DNA of 64,000 bases from Balanoglossus misakiensis. Its lineage: Eukaryota > Animalia > Hemichordata. Positions 41,601 through 52,535 of this stretch are shown in pieces (position 1 is the first letter of the stretch; each line of letters opens with the position of its first letter). The stretch is taken from contig CM082576.2 in the NCBI GenBank assembly GCA_040954595.2, positions 18,213,028-18,277,027 on the forward strand, written 5' to 3'. Made by a program: the position numbers and the translations under genes. The notes beneath the pieces are model-generated. The model was not told the DNA's origin. It did not search any database and worked only from the letters and a program-made list of their open reading frames with translations.

Positions 41601-44600
41601 TACAGGGGGATTTAAAGTTGTCTGTAAATCCCTGGGTTAATACGTGTCCAAAAGCACTGTACTTTGACATTGCATATGCAATGGTGACATTGAATGGGAT
41701 TCTTTGCATTAGGGCAAATGGCGAAGCAAGCTCAATGATGCATCAGAGTAGATGGTGATGCAAACTCTGCACTTTCACATGGGTATTTAATGTTAAATGT
41801 AAATCCATAGGTTAATACGTGGCCAAAAGCACTCTAATTTGACATTGCTAATGCAACGATCACATTGAATCTGATTCTTTGCATCAGGGCAAATGGCGAA
41901 GCAAGGTTGATGATGCATCAGGGTAGATAGTGATGCAAACACTTCACTTTGACATGGGTATAAAATGCCTACAGGGGGATTTAAAGTTGTCTGTAAATCC
42001 CTGGGTTAATACGTGTCCAAAAGCACTGTACTTTGACATTGCATATGCAATGGTGACATTGAATGGGATTCTTTGCATTAGGGCAAATGGCGAAGCAAGC
42101 TCAATGATGCATCAGAGTAGATGGTGATGCAAACTCTGCACTTTCACATGGGTATTTAATGTTAAATGTAAATCCATAGGTTAATACGTGGTCAAAAGCA
42201 CTCTAATTTGACATTGCTAATGCAACGATCACATTGAATCTGATTCTTTGCATCAGGGCAAATGGCGAAGCAAGGTTGATGATGCATCAGGGTAGATAGT
42301 GATGCAATCACTTCACTTTGACATGGGTATTAAATGCATATGGGGATTTCAAGTTGATGATAAATCCCTGGGTTAATACGTGTCCAAAAGCACTGTACAT
42401 TGACATTGCTAATGTAACGATGATATTGAATCTGATTCTTTGCATCAGGGTAAATGGCGTAGCAAGCTTTATGATGCATCAGGGTAGATAGTGATGCAAA
42501 CACTTCACTTTGACATGGGTATTAAATGCATATGGGGATTTCAAGTTGATGATAAATCCCTGGGTTAATACGTGTCCAAAAGCACTGTACTTTGACATTG
42601 CTAATGCAACGATGACATTGAATCTGATTCTTTGCATCAGGGTAAATGGCGAAGCAAGGTTGATGATGCATCAGGGTAGATAGTGATGCAAGCTCTGCAC
42701 TTGAACTTGGGTATAAAATGCCTACAGGGGGATTTAAAGTTGTCTGTAAATCCCCAGTTTAATACGTGGCGGAAAGCACTGTACTTTGACATTGCTAATG
42801 CAATGGTGACATTGAATGTGATTCTTTGCATTAGGGCAAATGGCGAAGCAAGCTCAATGATGCATCAGAGTAGATGGTGATGCAAACACTTCACTTTGAC
42901 ATGGGTATTAAATGCATATGGGGATTTCAAGTTGTTGAAAATTCCGTAGGTTAATACGTGTCCAAAAGCACTGTACTTTGACATTGCTAATGCAATGATG
43001 CCATTGAATGTGATTCTTTGCATTAGGGCAAATGGCGAAGCAAGCTTTATGATGCATCAGAGTAGATGGTGATGCAAGCTCTGCACTTTGACATGGGTAT
43101 TAAATGCATATGGGGATTTCAGGTTGTTGAAAAATCTGTGGGTTAATACGTGGCGGAAAGCACTGTACTTCGATATTGCATATGCAATGGTGACATTGAA
43201 TGGGATTGTTTGCATTAGGGCAAATGGCGAAGCAAGCTCAATGATGCATCAGAGTAGATGGTGATGCAAACTCTGCACTTTCACATGGGTATTTAATGTT
43301 AAATGTAAATCCATAGGTTAATACGTGGCCAAAAGCACTCTAATTTGACATTGTTAATGCAACGATCACATTGAATCTGATTCTTTGCATCAGGGCAAAT
43401 GGCGAAGCAAGGTTGATGATGCATCATGGTAGATAGTGATGCAATCACTTCACTTTGACATGGGTATTAAATGCATATGGGGATTTCAAGTTGATGATAA
43501 ATCCCTGGGTTAATACGTGTCCAAAAGCACTGTACTTTGACATTGCTAATGCAATGATGACATTGAATCTGTTTCTTTGCATCAGGGTAAATGGCGTAGC
43601 AAGCTTTATGATGCATCAGGGTAGATAGTAATGCAAACACTTCACTTTGACATGGGTATAAAATGCCTACAGGGGGATTTAAAGTTGTCTGTAAATCCCT
43701 GGGTTAATACGTGTCCAAAAGCACTGTACTTTGACATTGCATATGCAATGGTGACATTGAATGGGATTCTTTGCATTAGGGCAAATGGCGAAGCAAGCTC
43801 AATGATGCATCAGAGTAGATGGTGATGCAAACTCTGCACTTTCACATGGGTATTTAATGTTAAATGTAAATCCATAGGTTAATACGTGGCCAAAAGCACT
43901 CTAATTTGACATTGCTAATGCAACGATCACATTGAATCTGATTCTTTGCATCAGGGCAAATGGCGAAGCAAGGTTGATGATGCATCAGGGTAGATAGTGA
44001 TGCAATCACTTCACTTTGACATGGGTATTAAATGCATATGGGGATTTCAAGTTGATGATAAATCCCTGGGTTAATACGTGTCCAAAAGCACTGTACATTG
44101 ACATTGCTAATGTAACGATGATATTGAATCTGATTCTTTGCATCAGGGTAAATGGCGTAGCAAGCTTTATGATGCATCAGGGTAGATAGTGATGCAAACA
44201 CTTCACTTTGACATGGGTATTAAATGCATATGGGGATTTCAAGTTGATGATAAATCCCTGGGTTAATATGTGTCCAAAAGCACTGTACTTTGACATTGCT
44301 AATGCAACGATGACATTGAATCTGATTCTTTGCATCAGGGTAAATGGCGAAGCAAGGTTGATGATGCATCAGGGTAGATAGTGATGCAAGCTCTGCACTT
44401 GAACTTGGGTATAAAATGCCTACAGGGGGATTTAAAGTTGTCTGTAAATCCCCAGTTTAATACGTGGCGGAAAGCACTGTACTTTGACATTGCTAATGCA
44501 ATGGTGACATTGAATGTGATTCTTTGCATTAGGGCAAATGGCGAAGCAAGCTCAATGATGCATCAGAGTAGATGGTGATGCAAACACTTCACTTTGACAT

Positions 44601-44850
44601 GGGTATTAAATGCATATGGGGATTTCAAGTTGTTGAAAATTCCGTAGGTTAATACGTGTCCAAAAGCACTGTACTTTGACATTGCTAATGCAATGATGCC
44701 ATTGAATGTGATTCTTTGCATTAGGGCAAATGGCGAAGCAAGCTTTATGATGCATCAGAGTAGATGGTGATGCAAGCTCTGCACTTTGACATAGGTTTTC
44801 AATGCATATGCATGAGTATTTAAAGTTGACTGTAAATCCCTGGGTTAATA
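26627..44850 (+). repeat. Satellite DNA array (left arm): 194/192/175-bp monomers, 947-bp and 1698-bp higher-order repeats
   Basis: Monomer cactttgacatgggt...aatacgtg...tactttgacattgc...tgatgcatcagggtagatagtgatgcaa. ORF-track spacings of 194, 369, 947 (29628/30575/31522/32469; 33800/34747/35694; 38356/39303) and 1698 (42683/44381). About 96 monomers. Confidence 0.97.
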
Positions 44851-47682
44851 CAGTCCCAACAGCGTACAACAACTAAACTGTACGGGAAAGTTCCCGCACT
44901 AGTTGTAGCAGTGTTGTAGCAGAGATGTTACGGCAACACCTCTTTTGTTGGTTAATTGATGTTTTTTGTCTTAGTTTACGGCAACTACAAAGGTTCCCGT
45001 AGTTTGAAACAAAAGAATGTGTGCTCCATTACGGCAATTTGGGGCAGGTGTTACAGCAAGAAGGGCTAATGGGGAGGTGATTATCACCCTGATGTGAACA
45101 ATAGTTGTAGCAATGTCTATGTGTGATAATGAGCTCCACCCACGTGGATTTTGCTTGGTTGGGGGCAATTTATGTCCTGGCCTCACTAAGCAAATAAATT
45201 CCTTCTAAATCTTGATAGCGAGCAAGTCAGTTGTCAACCTTACTAATATTTCCCCTGTCTCAGTAGCTTTACATACGCTATGCAGGGCTAGCTGACGGGC
45301 TTCAAAGTTTTGTGTTGTGACCTATGCAGAAAGCAAGCGGTTCTAAAAATAAACTTCCATAACAACATGTACACTTGGCGTAAGTTGGCAGGGTATTGAC
45401 TAATATGTTGCAATTGTTTGTATCAATGTACATTTTGAGACAACTAGGGCAAGGCCAACAACCTGATCAGGATATTCAAATTAGGTAAAGACGCACTCAA
45501 AACAGCAATTATAATTACAGGACGTGTGCCATGCTGGTGACCAAATAGACGCAGATGGACCTCCCTGGCATTAGTGATACCCTGAGTAATAAAACACCTG
45601 TTGTTTTGATTACCTTGTCAATATGTGTAAATTTGGCAACAATGTGTTGCAAACCTGATGCTATCAAGCAGAGACATGGCCCAGTGAAAGTCCAAATACA
45701 TGTAATTCAGAGTGAACCATGGTGCGATGTGTATTTTGAGTTTGTCTGTTGAGTTTTTGCACTAGAATTCTGCAGATTTGTGAATAAAGTTGCAGTTCCA
45801 TTTTGTGCGCATGTGTTGAGTTTGGCAGGAGGCCGTAATTGAAATGACTGTCTTCTAAGTTTTGGTGTGGGAAACACCTCTGACACCACTATGCATATCA
45901 GAGTGCCTGAAACTTTTGGACCCATGTGCTTTTTATTTACATGATGAAATCGGCCACATGTTGACCTCGTAATTTATTCAAATTATTATTCACGTCAAAA
46001 GCTGTTAGACACGGCAGCAGGACGTCTAGCCGCTCATCTTTTTACCAGGTCGATCGATCGATACTACCGGCACTACCACACATGTTGACCTCGTAATTTA
46101 TGCAAAGTATTATTCACATCAAAAGCCGTTTGACACAGGTGGAGGACGTCTAGGCCCGGTCTTGCCGGCCACTCATCTTTTACCACCATGATTTGACCAC
46201 TTGGCAAGTGCTCTGAAATAATAGGACTAGTTTCATGTTGTGAATGTACGTTCGCAGTAATAAGTTTCTCATGAATATTCACGCACCCGAGAGCTTGACA
46301 AAGAAGCATTTGGACTAAACCACTATACCACTGTATTTTTTTGAAAGTTCAGCGATCAATACTGTCATGCATGCCCGCTCGTAGTAATCACTTTGTTGTC
46401 AACTTTTTTATTTCAGGAATGTTGATTAAACAATACATTGAACTGGCTGGATTTGAACAGAAAATGTTAAAATTTTACATGTGAATTTGAAACTTACCAT
46501 CAATTCATTCACTGCGGCCACCCCCTCTCTGTCTGGATATAAAGGTCGCTCATTGAATGTATTTTATCAGGCGCGGACTTTGGGGGCAAGAGGTAGCCAG
46601 ACAATGATTGACAGGCAAATTGTATCCAAATTCTGCCAAGTGCAGGGGCTTGCTTAGACTAAACAAATTGCGTGAATATATAATGAGTAAACATGTAGGT
46701 CATTCATCCCAAACCGGCCAACTAATTGCTGCCAGTCACTTCCCATCATGTTCAAGCACTGCCCGTCGGAAAATGAGTGTATATCCATTGCCGTAATAAT
46801 AGAATATTGAAATAATACAGACCATTACTACTTATGAAACCCTTCAAAATTATAGTCAAGACTCTCAAAACTTGTCTGTTCTAAAGATCAAACTGCAGCG
46901 GAACGTGGTACTGCAGGCCAACATTATTTTGTAAACAAGCCTACTATTTATTATCAGGGTCTTCATGTAAGGGGGGGGGGGGGGCAGCAGGTCAAAACAA
47001 ATGAAAGCCAATGTCTTTTAAGCTAAACCCAATTGTGAAATGCGTCATTGTGTTTGATTTTCCATTGGTCATGCTGTATCTCTCAAATATTAATTGGTCC
47101 AGCTCCTTGAAAGAAAAGAAACCCCAGCAAAACATGTGCATTCTACAACACTGGGGTAGGGATGTGTTGACCTCTGTTCATGTCCACAGACTGTTCTGTT
47201 ACCAAGAGAGTTCAGACTTTGTCGATGAACATAACATCATTCCAAAACTGACTTCATTGGTATTTGATGTCAGCCCTTTGCCATTTTATTCTCAGACAGA
47301 GCTTCTTTTGTAAACTTTGTGATACAATGTTGCAGTGACCTGTTGCAAAAATGTTGCACTCTAGTTCTAGACCTGTCAATCACTCTAGTTGTAGCAAAAT
47401 AATCAACACCTTGAACAAAAGGCATCACTCTGTGGGGCTAATTGACAGGTGTTGCAGCAGTATTTATGGGTAGAGGTGTTAAGCTTCCCTTGTTAATGGC
47501 TTGCCCTAAAGGAGTTGCCGTAGTTTTTACGGAAATGTAACAAAAGGAAATGGGCCTTAGACAATTGTTGCAGCAAACTCTGCTACAACTAACAATAGTT
47601 CCCGTAGGGGTTCCCGTAGGGTTGACGTACTACTTGCCGTATTCAGAAATGTACAAATAGTTGTTCTATTCTGTTGGGACTG
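44851..47682. mobile_element. 2.83-kb non-autonomous TIR DNA transposon with TA target duplication, inserted in the satellite
   Basis: TA-cagtcccaacag...ctgttgggactg-TA; perfect 12-bp TIR extending imperfectly to ~32 bp; empty site gggttaatacatggcc at ~49006-49021; subterminal repeats gttg(t/c)agca and ttcccgtag; no intact transposase ORF. Confidence 0.9.
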
Positions 47683-50488
47683 TACATGGCCAAAAGCACT
47701 GTAATTGCTAATGCAACAGTGATTTTAATTCTGATCTTTTGCATCAGGGTAAAAGGCGAAGCAAGCTTGATGATGCATCTGGGAAGATGGTGTTTCAAGC
47801 CCTTCACTTTGACATGGGTATAAAATGCCTACAGGGGGATTTAAAGTTGACTGTAAATCCCTGGGTTAATACGTGTCCAAAAGCACTGTACTTTAACATT
47901 GCTAATGCAACGATGACATTGAATCTGATTCTTTGCATCAGGGTAAATGGCGAAGCAAGGTTGATGATGCATCAGGGTAGATAGTGATGCAAGCTCTGCA
48001 CTTTGACATGGGTATTAAATGCCTACAGGGGGATTTAAAGTTGTCTGTAAATCCCTGGGTTAATACGTGTCCAAAAGCACTGTACTTTGACATTGCTAAT
48101 GCAACGATGACATTGAATCTAATTCTTTGCATCAGGGTAAATGGCGAAGCAAGGTTGATTATGCATCAGGGTAGATAGTGATGCAAGCTCTGCACTTTGA
48201 CATGGGTATAACATGCCTACAGGGGGATTTAAAGTTGTCTGTAAATCCCTGGGTTAATACGTGGCGGAAAGCACTGTACTTTGACATTGCATATGCAATG
48301 GTGACATTGAATGGGATTCTTTGCATTAAGGCAAATGGCGAAGCAAGCTCAATGATGCATCAGAGTAGATGGTGATGCAAACTCTGCACTTTCACATGGG
48401 TATTTAATGTTAAATGTAAATCCATAGGTTAATACGTGGCCAAAAGCACTCTAATTTGACATTGCTAATGCAACGATGACATTGAATCTGATTATTTGCA
48501 TCAGGGCAAATGGCGAAGCAAGGTTGATGATGCATCAGGGTAGATAGTGATGCAATCACTTCACTTTGACATGGGTATTAAATGCATATGGGGATTTCAA
48601 GTTGATGATAAATCCCTGGGTTAATACGTGTCCAAAAGCACTGTACTTTGACATTGCTAATGTAACGATGACATTGAATCTGATACTTTGCATCAGGGTA
48701 AATGGCGTAGCAAGCTTTATGATGCATTAGGGTAGATAGTGATGCAAACACTTCACTTTGACATGGGTATTAAATGCATATGGGGATTTCAAGTTGATGA
48801 TAAATCCCTGGGTTAATACGTGTCCAAAAGCACTGTACTTTAACATTGCTAATGCAACGATGACATTGAATCTGATTCTTTGCATCAGGGTAAATGGCGA
48901 AGCAAGCTTTATGATGCATCAGAGTAGATGGTGATGCAAGCTCTGCACTTTGACATAGGTTTTCAATGCATATGCATGGGTATTTAAAGTTGACTGTAAA
49001 TCCCTGGGTTAATACATGGCCAAAAGCACTGTAATTGCTAATGCAACAGTGATTTTAATTCTGATCTTTTGCATCAGGGTAAAAGGCGAAGCAAGCTTGA
49101 TGATGCATCTGGGAAGATGGTGTTTCAAGCCCTTCACTTTGACATTGGAATATAATGCATAAGTGGATTTAAAGTTGATTGTAAATGCCCAGTTTAATAT
49201 GTGTCCAAAAGCACTGTACTTTAACATTGCTAATGCAACGATGACATTGAATCTGATTCTTTGCATCAGGGTAAATGGCGAAGCAAGGTTGATGATGCAT
49301 CAGGGTAGATAGTGATGCAAGCTCTGCACTTTGACATGGGTATAAAATGCCTACAGGGGGATTTAAAGTTGTCTGTAAATCCCTGGGTTAATACGTGGCG
49401 GAAAGCACTGTACTTTGACATTGCATATGCAATGGTGACATTGAATGGGATTCTTTGCATTAGGGCAAATGGCGAAGCAAGCTCAATGATGCATCAGAGT
49501 AGATGGTGATGCAAACTCTGCACTTTCACATGGGTATTTAATGTTAAATGTAAATCCATAGGTTAATACGTGGCCAAAAGCACTCTAATTTGACATTCCT
49601 AATGCAACGATGACATTGAATCTGATTATTTGCATCAGGGCAAATGGCGAAGCAAGGTTGATGATGCATCAGGGTAGATAGTGATGCAATCACTTCACTT
49701 TGACATGGGTATTAAATGCATATGGGGATTTCAAGTTGATGATAAATCCCTGGGTTAATACGTGTCCAAAAGCACTGTACTTTGACATTGCTAATGTAAC
49801 GATGACATTGAATCTGATTCTTTGCATCAGGGTAAATGGCGTAGCAAGCTTTATGATGCATCAGGGTAGATAGTGATGCAAACACTTCACTTTGACATGG
49901 GTATTAAATGCATATGGGGATTTCAAGTAGATGATAAATCCCTGGGTTAATACGTGTCCAAAAGCACTGTAATTTGACATTGCTAATGCAATGGTGACAT
50001 TGGATGTGATTCTTTGCATTAGGGCAAATGGCGAAGCAAGCTCAATGATGCATCAGAGTAGATGGTGATGCAAACTCTGCACTTTCACATGGGTATTTAA
50101 TGTTAAATGTAAATCCATAGGTTAATACTTGGCCAAAAGCACTCTAATTTGACATTGCTAATGCAACGATGACATTGAATCTGATTCTTTGCATCAGGGC
50201 AAATGGCGAAGCAAGGTTGATGATGCATCAGGGTATATAGTGATGCAATCACTTCACTTTGACATGGGTATTAAATGCATATGTGGATTTCAAGTTGATT
50301 GTAAATGCCCAGTTTAATACGTGTCCAAATGCACTGTACTTCGACATTGCTAATGCAACGATGACATTGAATCTGATTCTTTGCATCAGGGCAAATGGCG
50401 AAGCAAGCTCAATGATGCATCAGAGTAGATGGTGATGCAAGCTCTGCACTTTGACATAGGTATTTAATGCATATGCATGGGTATTTAA
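47683..50488 (+). repeat. Satellite DNA array (right arm), ~15 monomers, more diverged
   Basis: Same monomer family; resumes exactly where the interrupted monomer broke off. Confidence 0.95.
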
Positions 50489-51240
50489 GATGGGTCCCCC
50501 GGTTCTTTTTGCTCGTTGCTATGGGCCTTTCAGAGTCTAACACGGGGCCGGTAACTAAATCTGCACGATTGTGAGCGCGCGCCCCCTGACGCCATTGATA
50601 TGCAAATTAGCTAGGTCAAATTTCAAAAGCCTAAGGCTTTTTATTCCGTGACCTCAAAAACGAACTTGATACGTATTCATTAGTTGCTTGAACCAGGGAA
50701 GATCGTGACGGATTTTGATTTCGAATATTATCGTTGTATCCTACGATTTCAGCATACCCGTACCACACCTGAAAAAGTCATCGATTTTGGGTGATTTTGG
50801 ACACACTCTTCCACCGGTATCGCTTCTTAGCACGACGAAAACCGAAAAAACGATCCGTCACACTGTGCGGAAGTGCGTTCTCAACAAGCAGGTCAAATTT
50901 GACTGGCGTACGTGGCCTATGAAAAAAGCCTTAGGGATTTTCGTGAACGGTACAAAATCTCTGTGTACAAAACATTGGATTTTTAGCGTTCGATCCAGTT
51001 ACTCTGGTTACAGGACGCGCACGCCATCGCTGACCGCTGCTTTGCCGTATTAGCGTGGCGGCCTATGACCGGGCGGTAGCTGCCGTAAACATACTCGGAC
51101 AGGGGGTGTGCACACAGTCATGTGTATTTTTAACAAGTTACAAGCCCCTTGTCGGACGTTCATAACGGTTTCGATCAAAATTGAGTGTAGTGTCCCATAA
51201 AGGCCCATAGCAACGAGCAAAAAGATACGGGAGACCCATC
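50489..51240. mobile_element. 752-bp MITE with ~41-bp TIRs and TTAA TSD (Kolobok-like)
   Basis: TTAA-gatgggtcccccggttctttttgctcgttgctatgggcctt ... aaggcccatagcaacgagcaaaaagatacgggagacccatc-TTAA. TTAA plus purine-purine termini fits Kolobok better than piggyBac. Confidence 0.85.
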
Positions 51241-51292
51241 TTAAAGCATGTTGAGATTTATCGTGTAATGTGCTATATAAGTAATAAATATT

Positions 51293-51408
51293 GTGTACAA
51301 TAACACTTGTTTTATTGGAGTTTAAATGGAGCTGGGATCGAGGATGTGGGAGTTGGTCCTGGGACGAGGCTACCTCGTGGTTTTTTGCCCAGACAGACAG
51401 CGGACATT
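51293..51408 (+). repeat. Ngaro split direct repeat A1 (116 bp)
   Basis: gtgtacaataacacttg...cagcggacatt, matching 55210-55325 with 2 mismatches. Confidence 0.92.
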
Positions 51409-51480
51409 TTGTATGTCGTTCGCCGAAACTGCTTTAATTTCGATCTTTCCCGGACATACCCCCAATAGTCACCAGTTACA

Positions 51481-52472
51481 ATGTCAGAAGATTACAGCTT
51501 TGTTGAATGGTGTGAAGCGGCGGGTCTTTCAAAAGACACTATCAGCTCTCTAACCACCTCCCAGGTCACATCCTCCGAAGTACTGTAGTGCCTCAGCGAC
51601 CAAGACATTGTCGACCTACAACTACACATCGGTCAACATGGACTGCTTCGCCAGTTGCGAAACAAACTATGCTCTCAAAAAGCGGAATCCAAGCCCGTGG
51701 ACACGCCGAAGCCCGCCGGCGAGGCCACCAAAGAGGTAACCACACAAGACTTGGCAAAAAACAAGGCACTGAATGAGCTCCTCGAAGCAACGATGGCAAC
51801 GATGCCCTCAAAGACGTCCTGTCCGACCAACCACAGGCCACAAACGCAAAGCCAGCCCCCGGGAAAGGTGAGCGAAAACCCCTACTAATTCCGGACTATG
51901 TCACCACGAAAAAGGGTTCGTTCGATCAACCAGACGAAACTGAACTGGCCGCCGACGGAGACACAAAATTAGTTATGCGAACAGCAAAACAACGACCGCG
52001 ACCGGACCAAGTTTCACTGCCACAGTGGATATCAGCCAATGCCCGCATTTTAAAGGCACTGATCGCCCGCGGTATGTCCACGGAAGAGACACTGGCATAT
52101 CTCGATCATACAATTAATATTGGTGACTACGCTCAATCATTCACAATCCCATCGGTCCTGACTTACGATCACGAGTGCAGGAAAAAGCAGGCTGCCGATT
52201 CGCTCGCGTGGGGAGCCGTAGACCTTCACCTGTCACTCTATCACCTTGATGAGCGGCAAGTCGCGCCTCAGCAAAAAGGGAAAAATACCACAGGCAACTC
52301 CAAAGGTCGCAGTTATGATTCGAAAGGCTAGGAAATTTGTTTCGATTTCCAAAACCCACCGGGCTGCAACCGCACCTACTGTCGTTTTGCGCACATATGC
52401 ATCGAGGACGGGTGCCACAAAGATCACCCACAACACCGCCACAAATCGCTAACTTCGAACAATCATGCCTAG
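51481..52472 (+). pseudogene. Ngaro ORF1 (gag-like), disrupted; N-terminal SAM-like domain, C-terminal Cys/His zinc fingers
   Basis: ATG 51481 MSEDYSFVEWCEAAGLSKDT...; in-frame TAG 51586-51588; frameshift between 51777 and 51886 into ...GERKPLLIPDYV...VSLPQWISANARIL...YDHECRKKQA; TAG 52329-52331; then EICFDFQNPPGCNRTYCRFAHICIEDGCHKDHPQHRH..* ending 52472. Confidence 0.75.
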
Positions 52473-52535
52473 GATAAGGTTGCTAGCCCTCTTACTGATC
52501 ACCTGGCAACGTGGAATGATGAACTGGAAAATGAC

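Noticed and set aside
27127-49509. Dozens of 63-65-aa ORFs (MMQALHFDMGIKCLQGDLKL..., MQRIPFNV...)
   Set aside because: By-products of the 194-bp satellite monomer: GTG starts, present on both strands, frame lost in the 192- and 175-bp monomers, no domain similarity.
26627-50488. CRISPR-like repeat/spacer array or tandem tRNA/5S gene cluster
   Set aside because: The variable parts are a few recurring variants, not unique spacers; no cas genes; no cloverleaf or 5S features in the monomer; eukaryotic context.
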